Shown piece after piece: positions 9,490-19,085 of a stretch of 38,424 nt of DNA. Below the pieces are notes generated by a model, which ran no database searches, was not told the DNA's origin, and saw nothing but the letters and a program-made list of their open reading frames with translations. The stretch comes from Candidatus Bipolaricaulota bacterium (GTDB taxonomy: Bacteria > Bipolaricaulota > Bipolaricaulia > M55B111), in the NCBI GenBank assembly GCA_021735185.1, contig JAIPHN010000003.1:1-38424 (forward strand). Reading direction: 5' to 3'. A program made the position numbers and the translations under genes. Within the stretch, counting starts at the first letter, position 1. The number at the start of each line of letters is the position of its first letter.

Positions 9490-9717
9490 CCAGCACTCAA
9501 ATGAGTTTAGAACCCGGAACAAGATCATTTGCTTCGTCACATTTCAGGCTGCCATCCACCTTCTAAGGTTGAATTGTTCTCCAAGCACGTTTTCTCATTT
9601 GAGTGCTTGGTAGAGATACCTGGGTGAACATATGGTAATCGTATCCAATTGGGCTAAGTTAACCATGGAATTCGTTCTTTGTGCTTAACCAAGTTAGTCT
9701 TCTCAAGTGAGTGCTGG
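9490..9717 (+). ncRNA. Candidate ~230-nt rod-like structured RNA or repeat element (6S-like shape, unassigned)
   Basis: Closing stem 9490-9505/9702-9717; nested TGCCAT/ATGGTA, CACC/GGTG, AGGT/ACCT and CCAAGCAC/GTGCTTGG stems; followed by a T-rich run. Confidence 0.4.
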
Positions 9718-9774
9718 GTCAATTTTTGTTTTTTAAATCAGAGTTCATCTTTACATCGATTTTTTATATTATAT

Positions 9775-9795
9775 ACCCCGGCCTGTGGCCGGGGT
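9775..9795. terminator. GC-rich hairpin ACCCCGGCC-TGT-GGCCGGGGT, probable terminator
   Basis: Perfect 9-bp stem between the 3' end of sufU and the 9.5-kb element; the T-tract is weak and orientation is uncertain. Confidence 0.5.
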
Positions 9796-9956
9796 TCTTG
9801 ACTGCTTTACCAGCTCTCACCTATTCCTGAAATCCCCGATTTGATAAAATCGTTATTGCCAGCGAACTATGGGTTTTGGTCAAAGTAGCTGGGCGGTAAA
9901 TTGTAAAAAAATGAGGTAAAATAAATTCCTGGATAGCGCTCTGAGGATACTCTTCC

Positions 9957-10334
9957 TTAACTTTCTTCGGATAGTGCTTGCTTGAGAGCGTTTAAACCTA
10001 CGGCCATACATTCTTCTCTTTTCTTACCTGATTCGTTCATGTTGGCTTCGATATCGTCCAGAGTAAGTTCTTTTGCGTCACCAACACTTAACCCCCGGGC
10101 CAGCTGGGTTAATATAGAGGCCGAACCTATACATAAAACGCATCCGTAACCGTCGAATTTGATATCTCTGATAGAGCCATCTTTGATATTTAGTCCCAGT
10201 TTAATTTTGTCGCCGCAATTCGGGTTTTTCGCGGACCCCTGAAGATCAGGGTTTGGCAATTCACCTTTATTATGAGGGTTTTGCGAGTGGTGCATTAAAT
10301 TTTGATCGTAAATCTGGGGTCTCTCGTCGCTCAT
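9957..10334 (-). CDS. sufU: SufU/IscU-family Fe-S scaffold or sulfur-transfer protein
   Basis: NPHNKG, NPNCGD, FDGYGC..C.GSAS, R.EC; overlaps the sufS stop. Confidence 0.88.
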   Translation of the reverse strand: MSDERPQIYDQNLMHHSQNPHNKGELPNPDLQGSAKNPNCGDKIKLGLNIKDGSIRDIKFDGYGCVLCIGSASILTQLARGLSVGDAKELTLDDIEANMNESGKKREECMAVGLNALKQALSEES

Positions 10335-11557
10335 TTTTCACCACCTAAAACGTTTTTCGCCTCTTTGATGGCATCGACCAGACGATCGATTTCCGCTTCG
10401 TCATTGTAGACGTAAAAGCTCGCACGTGATGTGGCGTTTAGCTTCATCGCTTCATGTAAAGGTTGAGCACAGTGTAACCCTGCTCTTATTGCAATGTCGT
10501 CCAGGGAATCCAGCGCAGCTGCCAGATCGTGAGGGTGAACTCCCTCCAGATTAAATGAGACAAGCCCGCCTCTTTCTTCTCCTTTTCCCGGGCCGAATAT
10601 CTTTAGACCGGGGATTTTTTCTAGTTCCCTTAAAGCTTTTGCAGTAAGCTTGTTCACGTGTTTTCTGATCGATGACATTCCCAGTTTATTCAGGTAACTT
10701 AGAGTTTTACTAAACGCGATAATTTGAGCAATAGGCGGCGTGCCCGCTTCAAATTTCTGAGGAACCTCGTTCCAGGTGACTTCAGTTTTCGTATTACTTC
10801 GGACCATTTCTCCTCCACCAAATGGGGGCGGCATTTGTTCCAGTAATTCTTCCTTGCCGTAAAGAATCCCCAGTCCGGTGGGCCCAAGCATTTTATGAGC
10901 CGAGAAAGCCAAAAAATCTACATTATAATCCCTGACATTGAACTGCCTGTGTGGCAACCATTGAGCTCCGTCCACGACAGCCAGAGCACCGTTTTCATGG
11001 GCAAGATCCGTTAACTTCTTTACCGGGTTGTATGCTCCGATAACGTTTGAAATAGCGGGAAAGGCCAACGCTACAGAATTGGAAGAGAGTTTGGCTTCTA
11101 AGTCTTCCATATCCAGCTGTCCTTCCCTGTTGACACGAACGTATTCTAGCTGGAACCTGTTTGAACTCTCCGCCATTATTCTCCAGGGAAGAATATTGCT
11201 ATGGTGGTCCATTTCCGTAACCAGTATTTTACCATTCCTGTCCTTCCAGTGGTGCAGGGAATAGGCTAAGATGTTTAAGGATTCGGTACAATTTTTAGTA
11301 AAGACTATTTCTCGGCTCGATTCTGCCCCGATAAAATCCGCGGTTTTTCTTCGCGTATATTCAAATTTATTGGTTGTTTCTTCGGCCCGCTTATATATTC
11401 CCCGATAAACGCTGGTTCCAAGTTCATGATAATAATTAATTAATTCCCGCGTAACTGGCTCGGGGGTCATGGAAGTGGCAGCATTGTCTAGATAGATTAG
11501 ATCCTGATTTTTCAGGGCGGGAAAATCATCTCTTACGCTGTTAACATCTAGCATCAA
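10331..11557 (-). CDS. sufS: SufS-type (group II) cysteine desulfurase
   Basis: YLDNAAT, HHSN, DGAQ, FSAHKMLGPTG (PLP Lys), FEAGTP, RAGLHCAQP. Confidence 0.95.
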   Translation of the reverse strand: MMLDVNSVRDDFPALKNQDLIYLDNAATSMTPEPVTRELINYYHELGTSVYRGIYKRAEETTNKFEYTRRKTADFIGAESSREIVFTKNCTESLNILAYSLHHWKDRNGKILVTEMDHHSNILPWRIMAESSNRFQLEYVRVNREGQLDMEDLEAKLSSNSVALAFPAISNVIGAYNPVKKLTDLAHENGALAVVDGAQWLPHRQFNVRDYNVDFLAFSAHKMLGPTGLGILYGKEELLEQMPPPFGGGEMVRSNTKTEVTWNEVPQKFEAGTPPIAQIIAFSKTLSYLNKLGMSSIRKHVNKLTAKALRELEKIPGLKIFGPGKGEERGGLVSFNLEGVHPHDLAAALDSLDDIAIRAGLHCAQPLHEAMKLNATSRASFYVYNDEAEIDRLVDAIKEAKNVLGGEK

Positions 11558-12070
11558 TATTTGGAAACCCCTTTAAGCTTCAAATATAAGTATATAAACA
11601 CTACTTTTTGATCCATTATAACATAGAATTCAGCAAGTTCCTACTGATAAATGAGTTTATCGAAAAAAGTATAGTATCCCCTCGGTACCCAAGGACACTT
11701 CGGTAAATTAATTAGAAGCCATTAAAAATTAGATCTTTATGCTCTTAGACCATCTAGACCATTCACCTGAATTGTCTTTTTCACGATTATCTTGTCCATT
11801 AAAAGCAAAAGAACAGCAATTTTATCCTATATCCTTATTTCTTCCTTTTCAAACTTCTAAAAGGCCTTTCCTTATGTATTTTTGCTAAGAAATCCAGGAT
11901 GAGGATGACCAGTTGCACAGGGATATAGTGCTCAGTAAAAAGTTGCCCCCTATTATTTTTACAGTTATACGGTTTGAAAAGTTTTCTGTCAGGTGGTAAA
12001 CTCATCTCTAGCTTGGCGGGATAAGCTATCCCACAAAAACTAATCCTTACTTTCAGGAGGAACTTAATAG

Positions 12071-12988
12071 ATGAAAAAGCTTTCCTCAACATTATTGATT
12101 GGACTAATTCTAGTTCTCTTTACTGTCGGTTTAGTAAGTGCTCAGGCGGAAAGAACTGTCACGGATAGCCTTGGGCGGGAAGTTACGATCGAAGAAGTAC
12201 CGGAAAGGGTCGTTACCACTATCGTATCAACCACGGAGATAGCTCTCGATCTCGGCCTGGATGAGAGGTTGGTCGGGGTGCCGGATCTGATCCAGTATCT
12301 CTCTTACGTCCCGGAACTGCAGGAAAAGGCTGAGAAGAAAGAAAAGGTAGGGGGATTCAAACTCTCAATTGAGAAGATCGCTTCTCTCAACCCCGGCCTC
12401 GTCATACTGGATGCGTCGGCTCAAAAGGATATGGTCAGTAAAATAAAGGATATCGGAGCCACCGTTTATGCAGCGGGGAGCAGGGATATAGAATCCGTTC
12501 GGGAGACGATTCTGGAAATTGGCTACCTTACAGGCAAACTGGACCGGGCCCAGAAGATCGTCGGAGAGATGGTTTACAAAGAGACGCAGCTCAGGGATGC
12601 AGTCGCCAAACTGGACGAGAAGAAGAGCACCTTCTACACGATAAGCAAGAGGATGTACACTGTCGGTGATAATACCTTTGTTGGGACGGCGCTGCAGTTA
12701 GCGGGCCTGAATAACGTATTTGGGGAAATTTCCGGGTTTAAGCCCGTCAATACTGAGGAAATAATCAAAAAGAACCCCGAGCTGATAATCGCTACCGAGG
12801 ATATGGGATTAACCGCGGAAGATTTGCGGGAAGATAAAGGTCTGAAAGAAGTAAAAGCTGTTCAGAATGGCAATGTCGTTCTGCTTCCCACCGGCGAGGA
12901 TTCCATGTTAAACCAGCCGGGGACGAAGATAATCGATGGAGCGATAAACCTATTTGAAAAAATATACGACACGGAAGTCAATCTCTAA
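12071..12988 (+). CDS. btuF: Corrinoid ABC transporter substrate-binding protein
   Basis: Signal peptide, VTDSLGREVT...PERVV, EKIASLNP, V..EEIIKKNPELII; first gene of the cob operon. Confidence 0.85.
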   Translation: MKKLSSTLLIGLILVLFTVGLVSAQAERTVTDSLGREVTIEEVPERVVTTIVSTTEIALDLGLDERLVGVPDLIQYLSYVPELQEKAEKKEKVGGFKLSIEKIASLNPGLVILDASAQKDMVSKIKDIGATVYAAGSRDIESVRETILEIGYLTGKLDRAQKIVGEMVYKETQLRDAVAKLDEKKSTFYTISKRMYTVGDNTFVGTALQLAGLNNVFGEISGFKPVNTEEIIKKNPELIIATEDMGLTAEDLREDKGLKEVKAVQNGNVVLLPTGEDSMLNQPGTKIIDGAINLFEKIYDTEVNL

Positions 12989-13048
12989 TGACAGTTGTGG
13001 GTTGCCGGAGAAGTTCAGCTGCTATACCTGATATGTCCCTTAAGAGTT

Positions 13049-14074
13049 ATGAATAGGGCGAAACCGAAAGTCACTTTTGCAACGCTATTTGTCCTTCTGG
13101 CTTTTGCTTTCCTGGTCGGGGTTGCAATCGGACCCGTCAGTATACCGTTAGGCAAAAGCTTGCTCATTCTAACGGACAAACTTCCTCTGCTGGAGTTCTC
13201 CGGCCTGCCCTCGAACTTCCAGACGATAATTTTTGACCTCAGGTTGCCGAGAATACTGACCGGGTTACTCGTCGGAAGTTCACTTGCGGTTTCGGGAACC
13301 GTGATGCAGGGTATTTTTAGAAACCCTCTGGCCACCCCCTATATTTTAGGGGTTGCCAGCGGTGGATCGGCGGGAGCTGCAACCGTAGTAGTGCTTGGGT
13401 TTACGTCTAATTTTGCCCTGCCTATTGGAGCTTTAATCGGGGCTTTATCCGCCGTAACAATCGTTTACAGGATTAGCTGGAGCAGGGGCTCTACTTCTTC
13501 ATACACGTTAATTCTTGCGGGGGTCGCCCTTTCTTCGCTTTTTTCGGCCCTTACTACGGCTTTAATTTTTATCGCCGGGCCCTATCAGCAGCATCGCGTC
13601 CTTTTCTGGATGATGGGCGGTCTCTGGCGGTCAAGCTGGACTTTATTCAAAATACTACTCCCGATTGCAACAGTCGGGGCCGGAATTATTTTTGCCTGGA
13701 GCCGGGATTTGAACGCCCTGGCGCTTGGTGAAAGCGCGGCCGAGCATCTTGGAGTAAAACCAGCGCTGGTCAAGAAAACCTTGCTCGGACTGGCGACTGC
13801 TATTACCGCAGTCTCCGTAGCCGCAGCCGGTTCGATCGGGTTTGTTGGTCTGGTTATTCCCCATATTATGCGAATGATACTCGGACCCGACCATAGAATC
13901 CTCCTGCCGGCGGCTGCTCTCGGCGGAGGAGTATTTTTGATCTACACTGACGTTCTTGCGAAGACGATAATGCAACCGGTGGAAATGCCGGTGGGTGTGA
14001 TTACTGCTTTCTTTGGTGCTCCGTTTTTTCTCTATCTTTTGAGGAAGAAAATCGTTGGAGGTAGGATGAGATGA
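13049..14074 (+). CDS. btuC: Corrinoid ABC transporter permease (FecCD/BtuC)
   Basis: LRLPR, QGIFRNPLA.PYILG, GESAAEHLG, GSIGFVGLVIPH; start taken as MNRAK. Confidence 0.9.
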   Translation: MNRAKPKVTFATLFVLLAFAFLVGVAIGPVSIPLGKSLLILTDKLPLLEFSGLPSNFQTIIFDLRLPRILTGLLVGSSLAVSGTVMQGIFRNPLATPYILGVASGGSAGAATVVVLGFTSNFALPIGALIGALSAVTIVYRISWSRGSTSSYTLILAGVALSSLFSALTTALIFIAGPYQQHRVLFWMMGGLWRSSWTLFKILLPIATVGAGIIFAWSRDLNALALGESAAEHLGVKPALVKKTLLGLATAITAVSVAAAGSIGFVGLVIPHIMRMILGPDHRILLPAAALGGGVFLIYTDVLAKTIMQPVEMPVGVITAFFGAPFFLYLLRKKIVGGRMR

Positions 14075-14856
14075 AGGTAAAAGTAGACGATTTACGCTTT
14101 TCCTATAACGGGAAGGGCGTGCTGGAAGGCCTCGATCTTACTGTTAGAAAGGGTGAATTTATCGGGATTGTCGGACCGAACGGTTCCGGTAAAACTACCC
14201 TGTTGAAAAATATTGGTGGAGTGCTGGATCCGGACGATGGAGGGGTTTATCTGGGTGAAAAAGAGCTATCTTCGATTCCGATAGGAGAGGTTGCAACCAA
14301 GGTCGCGGCACTGGAGCAGGAAACGAGCGTGGGCTTCGATTTTACAGTCAGGGAAGTCGTGGAAATGGGCCGCTTCCCTCATCTGGATAGATTCGAGAGG
14401 CATTCGGAAGGCGACCTTGAAGCAGTTGATAGGGCAATCGAGATTACGGACCTGGAAGAGTTTTCCGAGCGGTACGTAAATCAGCTAAGCGGGGGAGAGA
14501 AACAGAGGGTATTTCTGGCGCTCGCTCTGGCACAGGAACCCGAACTTCTGTTACTGGACGAACCTACCGCAAGCCTGGATATCAATTACCAGATCAAGAT
14601 AATGGAAACCGTGAAGTGCCTGCAATCTGAAGGTTTGACGGTGATAGCCGCAATTCACGACCTCAATCTTGCAGCTCAATACGCTGATAGGGTTGCCCTG
14701 ATGGCGGATGGGGAGGTAAAAGTAGCGGGAGAGCCGAATGACGTGCTGACAAAAGATAATATTGCAAAAGTGTTCGGGGTAGATGTAGAAGTCGAGGACT
14801 CTGAGGTAAAGGGGACGATCCATATTTTTCCGAAGACTGAAACCCTGAGCAAGTAG
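14071..14856 (+). CDS. btuD: Corrinoid ABC transporter ATPase
   Basis: GPNGSGKTT, LSGGEKQR, LLLDEPT, HDLNLA; ATGA overlap with btuC. Confidence 0.9.
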   Translation: MKVKVDDLRFSYNGKGVLEGLDLTVRKGEFIGIVGPNGSGKTTLLKNIGGVLDPDDGGVYLGEKELSSIPIGEVATKVAALEQETSVGFDFTVREVVEMGRFPHLDRFERHSEGDLEAVDRAIEITDLEEFSERYVNQLSGGEKQRVFLALALAQEPELLLLDEPTASLDINYQIKIMETVKCLQSEGLTVIAAIHDLNLAAQYADRVALMADGEVKVAGEPNDVLTKDNIAKVFGVDVEVEDSEVKGTIHIFPKTETLSK

Positions 14857-14864
14857 GGGGTAAT

Positions 14865-15425
14865 ATGGAAGGTTCTGAAGAAGATAGGGAGAGAGTTGGG
14901 GGTAACGTTCTGGTTCATACTGGTGAAGGCAAAGGGAAGACCACTTCCGCAGTCGGGCAAATAATTAGGGCGGAAGGACATGGGTTAAATACCAGATATA
15001 TAAGCTTCTTTAAGGGCAATGAGGAACGATTTTCCCGGGGTATATTTAAGGTTATGAAGAAACTGGGAATTCCCGTCAGGAACTTCGTCCATGATCACCC
15101 CGACTTTGGCCGAACCAGCGAAGAAGAGGCGCGAAATGGCTGCAGGAAGGGCCTGAAGTATCTAAATAGCCTTTTCAGGGGGGAAGACGAAGTGCCCGAT
15201 CTTTTGGCTCTCGACGAGGTAAACATCGCCCTGGATGGGGGATGGATAGAGGAGGAAGAATTTATTTCACTGCTTGAGATGAAACCGGATAATCTGGAAT
15301 TGATCTGTACGGGAAGAGGCGCCCCCGAAAGCCTGATCGCGGAAGCGGATCTGGTCAGTCGAATCGAGAACGTGAAGCATTTTTACGACGAGGGCGTGGT
15401 GCAGCGGCCGGGTTATGAGTACTGA
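14865..15425 (+). CDS. cobO: Cob(I)yrinic acid a,c-diamide adenosyltransferase (BtuR/CobO family)
   Basis: HTGEGKGKTTSA, LALDEVNIA, ELICTGRGAP, KHFYDEG...GYEY. Confidence 0.93.
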   Translation: MEGSEEDRERVGGNVLVHTGEGKGKTTSAVGQIIRAEGHGLNTRYISFFKGNEERFSRGIFKVMKKLGIPVRNFVHDHPDFGRTSEEEARNGCRKGLKYLNSLFRGEDEVPDLLALDEVNIALDGGWIEEEEFISLLEMKPDNLELICTGRGAPESLIAEADLVSRIENVKHFYDEGVVQRPGYEY

Positions 15426-15464
15426 GGCAATACAGCAGGTTTATCCTCCGGGGATAGATCATCT

Positions 15465-16238
15465 ATGAGACGAATATTAAATGGCCTGCGAGGGGGGCTG
15501 ACTTTCGAGACCACCTTTCCCCTTAGCCAGGGCGAGGAGGATTTCTGGAGTTTCGTCGACAATTCTTTTTTATATCCCATGGTGGGGGCGATCGTTGGCG
15601 CTATACTTGGCGGGATAGCTATCCCCTTTTCTTACCTGCCGGAGTTCATTGCCGCCGGTACCTTTCTAGTCGTTCTGTATTTGATCTGCGGGATCCTGCA
15701 TACCGACGGCCTGGCTGATTTCGCTGATGGTCTGGTGACAGGGGGTACACATTCGGAGCGTCGATCAGTTATGAAAGACGAGAAAACCGGGGCGGCCGGT
15801 CTGGTAAGCATCTTTGCTACCAATATTCTGCTTTTTTCGGGATTGGTAGAGCTTTTTTCAATTGACTCGTTTTATCAAATTTTTCTTATAATCCTGACGG
15901 CCGAAGTCTTAAGCAAGCTGGGGATGCATTCAGTGCTCTTCTTCGGGACAAGCGCGCACGAAGGGATGGCGTCCACGTTCATAGATAGAATGACCCGGCC
16001 GGATTGGGTTGGGGGGTTTTTAATTTCATTCGCTTTTTCCGCCCTTTTTATGGATCCTTTCGTAGCTTTGCCCCTGATCGCAGTTTTTCTTATCGTCTTA
16101 GGAATGGTTAAACTGGGGGATCGGGTAATCGGAGGAATTAACGGAGATATCGCGGGCGCAGCTGGAGAAATAGTTCGTCCGATTGCCATTATCCTGTTTG
16201 TACTTATTGATAAAGTAGACGTCCTGGCTCTAATTTGA
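15465..16238 (+). CDS. cobS: Adenosylcobinamide-GDP ribazoletransferase (cobalamin synthase)
   Basis: Multi-TM; GILHTDGLADFADG, MKDEKTGAAG, GGINGDIAGA..E. Confidence 0.93.
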   Translation: MRRILNGLRGGLTFETTFPLSQGEEDFWSFVDNSFLYPMVGAIVGAILGGIAIPFSYLPEFIAAGTFLVVLYLICGILHTDGLADFADGLVTGGTHSERRSVMKDEKTGAAGLVSIFATNILLFSGLVELFSIDSFYQIFLIILTAEVLSKLGMHSVLFFGTSAHEGMASTFIDRMTRPDWVGGFLISFAFSALFMDPFVALPLIAVFLIVLGMVKLGDRVIGGINGDIAGAAGEIVRPIAIILFVLIDKVDVLALI

Positions 16239-16273
16239 TCCGACAAAAAAATTAGTTCAAAGTGGTGACCGAG

Positions 16274-16804
16274 ATGAAATTGATTCTGGGTGGCGCGCGG
16301 AGCGGCAAAAGCAGTAAGGCTTCAGAGATCGCCGAAGAATACAGTGAAGTTGTCTACCTGGCCACAGGTATTGCGACGGACGAAGAAATGGAGAGCCGGA
16401 TTGCCAGGCACAAAGAAGAAAGACCCGAAAACTGGGATACAATAGAAGAACCGGTGGAAGTTGGGGAAGAACTTGCAGGGCTGGAATCCAAAAATTTTTC
16501 CGGAGCGGTGATTCTGGACTGCCTCGGTTTCTGGTTGTCCAATTTGTTTCGTGAAATCGACCGCCTGGAAGAGATCGATCCGGAAGACTTCATAACGGAG
16601 AAAGTCCGAAAGGAACTTCAGCCTGCCCTGGACTCGAAATACGAACTGATAATAGTTTCCAACGAGGTCGGAATGGGTGTTATCCCCGGCTCGACTGCCG
16701 GAAGGAGGTTCAGGGATGCCCTGGGGAGAGCCAATCAGGTCGTCGGAGAAATGGCGGACGAGGCTTTTCTCATGGTGGCAGGGTTTAAGCTGGAACTTAA
16801 ATGA
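16274..16804 (+). CDS. cobU: Bifunctional adenosylcobinamide kinase / cobinamide-phosphate guanylyltransferase
   Basis: LGGARSGKS, DEEM..RIARH...RP..W.TIEEP, LDCL, VSNEVGMG, FRDALG..NQ. An alternative GTG start is at 16262. Confidence 0.95.
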   Translation: MKLILGGARSGKSSKASEIAEEYSEVVYLATGIATDEEMESRIARHKEERPENWDTIEEPVEVGEELAGLESKNFSGAVILDCLGFWLSNLFREIDRLEEIDPEDFITEKVRKELQPALDSKYELIIVSNEVGMGVIPGSTAGRRFRDALGRANQVVGEMADEAFLMVAGFKLELK

Positions 16805-16907
16805 CGGTGGATACGGTTTTCTCGAGAGTCCTCCGGGAATTCCTGAGGGATTTGTTTTCGTGGTGACATTTTGCAATCTGACTTACCTTGGTGTGAGAGG
16901 TGATAAC

Positions 16908-17963
16908 TTGGACGAATTTGCGGATATGACGAGTGAGATCGACCGAGTTGACGGAGAAATAATTGATAAAGCTTCGAAAAGGATGGATAGCCTGACTAAA
17001 CCAAAGGGTAGTCTCGGCCAGCTTGAGAGGTTGGCCATAAAAGTAGCTGGTATAACTGGAAAGTTAAACCCTTCTCTGAACCATAAATATTCCTTCGTTT
17101 TTGCCGGTGATCACGGGGTGGCCGCTGAAGGTGTCAGTGCATACCCACAGGAAGTTACGGTCCAGATGCTGGCCAACTTCATCCACGAGGGAGCTGCGAT
17201 AAACGTGCTCGGGAACCAGGTCGGGTCCGAGGTCGTCGTCGTTGACGTCGGTGTCGCTTCAGACGATATTCCTCCTTCGGTGATCGACGAGAAAATTAAC
17301 AGGGGGACGGATAGTTTTACCGGCGGACCCGCGATGTCCAGAGAAGATGCTCTAGCTTCGGTTAAGGTCGGATACCGCGTAGTTGAGGAAGTTGCAGAGA
17401 CAGGTCTTGATCTACTGGGTCTCGGAGACATGGGAATCGGCAATACCACGCCGAGCAGCGCGATTACCGCTATTATGACTGACAGCAAACCGGAGGAGGT
17501 AACCGGAAGAGGCACGGGAATAGACGAGGAGTCCCTGCGAGAAAAGATAGCCGTTGTCGAAGAAGGTCTGGAGGTGAACCAGCCTGATCCGACCGATCCG
17601 CTGGACGTTTTGAGCAAGGTTGGGGGGTACGAAATCGGTGCAATCGCCGGGGCGTATCTAGCTGGAGCAGCCAATAACGTACCGGTATTGCTGGACGGTT
17701 TTATCACGACAGCCGGGGCGCTAATTGCCCACGCGATAGAGCCAGGAGTAGCGGATTACATGATAGCCTCGCATAATTCCGTCGAAAGAGGCCACGAAGC
17801 CGCTCACGAAAAGCTGGGGCTAGATCCTTTACTGGATTTGAATCTCCGACTGGGTGAAGGAACTGGTGCTGCCCTTGCGATGCATCTCGTTCAGTCCGGT
17901 GTTTCCGTTTTGAATGATATGTACACGTTCGAAGAGGCCGGGGTGTCTCCGGGAGGAAGCTAA
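16908..17963 (+). CDS. cobT: Nicotinate-nucleotide:dimethylbenzimidazole phosphoribosyltransferase
   Basis: LTKPKGSLGQLE, FAGDHGV...GVSAYPQEVT, GDMGIGNTT, TGRGTG, LRLGEGTGA; start re-assigned to TTG at 16908 after GAGAGGTG. Confidence 0.95.
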   Translation: MDEFADMTSEIDRVDGEIIDKASKRMDSLTKPKGSLGQLERLAIKVAGITGKLNPSLNHKYSFVFAGDHGVAAEGVSAYPQEVTVQMLANFIHEGAAINVLGNQVGSEVVVVDVGVASDDIPPSVIDEKINRGTDSFTGGPAMSREDALASVKVGYRVVEEVAETGLDLLGLGDMGIGNTTPSSAITAIMTDSKPEEVTGRGTGIDEESLREKIAVVEEGLEVNQPDPTDPLDVLSKVGGYEIGAIAGAYLAGAANNVPVLLDGFITTAGALIAHAIEPGVADYMIASHNSVERGHEAAHEKLGLDPLLDLNLRLGEGTGAALAMHLVQSGVSVLNDMYTFEEAGVSPGGS

Positions 17964-17964
17964 A

Positions 17965-19077
17965 TTGATAGAGGACTCGTTTCTGGACGAAATAAAACCC
18001 CCGCGACACGGGGGAAGAGTAGAGGAAGTGGCTCGGGAGCGAGGTATTAGTCCCGAGGAAATAATCGATTTCAGTGCAAACATGAATCCGCTGGCACCCC
18101 CGGAAAGCCTTGGAAGTTATCTTGCTGATTCGGTCAGTTCACTCGAATTATACCCTGATGATAGTTACGGTAAATTTCGAAATGCCGCGATCGATTTTCT
18201 CGGAAACGAGTCCGGGGCCAAGCTCGAGCGGAAAAACGTCATTCCCGGTAACGGTTCCGTCGAAATATTCAGGCTATTCATTCGAGCCATTGCGACTGCA
18301 GGTGCCAGTACCGTGCTTGTTCCATTTCCGACGTTTAGCGAATATGCCCTGCAGTCCAGGTTGTTTGGCCTGGAAGTGGATCGGAAGAAGTATCGGGAGC
18401 TGTTCGGACTCGACGAGGCAATTTTAAGCGGTTACGATGCCGTATTTCTCTGTAATCCGAATAACCCGACGGGAACTCTGCGCGAAAGAGAAACGCTGGT
18501 TAAATTCCTGGAAAAAGCCCGGGCTGCCGAGACTTTTCTCGTCCTGGACGAGGCTTTCAACGAGCTTTCTTCCCCCGGGGCGAGCCTGGCGGGATTCGTA
18601 TATGGTTTTCCAAACCTGATAATTGTTAGGTCTCTGACAAAAGCTTTTACGGTTCCGGGATTGCGGATAGGTTACGGGTTAGCCTCAGGTAAACTTGCCG
18701 ATAGGATGGAAAAACTTCGTCCGCCGTGGAATCTCAATTACCTCGCTGCCAGCATAGGAAGGCGTTTTCTGGAGGAAGAAAAAGAATTACTGAAGAGGTC
18801 CAGAGAATACCTGGAAGGGGAAAGGAAACGGTTGCGGGAGAAATTAGAGGATCTGGGATTCTCGGTTTACCCGAGCTCCGCGAATTACCTCCTCTTTCGA
18901 ACGAAAGAAACTGGTTTGACGGCAGCGGAAATCGTTGACCGGTGTCTGGATTATAACGTGCTTGTTCGAAACGCGGATTCGTTTTACGGGGTTGACGAGT
19001 GGCATGTCAGAGTGGCGGTAAAAAAGCGGTCGGATAACGAGAAGTTGGTACGGGCTCTTGAACAAGCAGTTGATTGA
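17965..19077 (+). CDS. cobD: L-threonine-O-3-phosphate decarboxylase
   Basis: HGG, DFSANMNP, GNGS.E, CNPNNPTG, LDEAF, RSLTKAF.VPGLRIGY; TTG start after GGAGG; cob operon context. Confidence 0.9.
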   Translation: MIEDSFLDEIKPPRHGGRVEEVARERGISPEEIIDFSANMNPLAPPESLGSYLADSVSSLELYPDDSYGKFRNAAIDFLGNESGAKLERKNVIPGNGSVEIFRLFIRAIATAGASTVLVPFPTFSEYALQSRLFGLEVDRKKYRELFGLDEAILSGYDAVFLCNPNNPTGTLRERETLVKFLEKARAAETFLVLDEAFNELSSPGASLAGFVYGFPNLIIVRSLTKAFTVPGLRIGYGLASGKLADRMEKLRPPWNLNYLAASIGRRFLEEEKELLKRSREYLEGERKRLREKLEDLGFSVYPSSANYLLFRTKETGLTAAEIVDRCLDYNVLVRNADSFYGVDEWHVRVAVKKRSDNEKLVRALEQAVD

Positions 19078-19085
19078 TAGTTTAA

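Noticed and set aside
9581-9610. CIRCE (HrcA) or HAIR (HspR) operator
   Set aside because: Only half-sites match, spacer lengths are wrong, and no chaperone genes are adjacent.
16677-16907. Long N-terminal extension of CobT in the ORF track (similar extensions for hydB, hydA, cobD, DUF2177, DUF4416 and ferredoxin)
   Set aside because: Better SD-supported downstream starts coincide with the start of family similarity.
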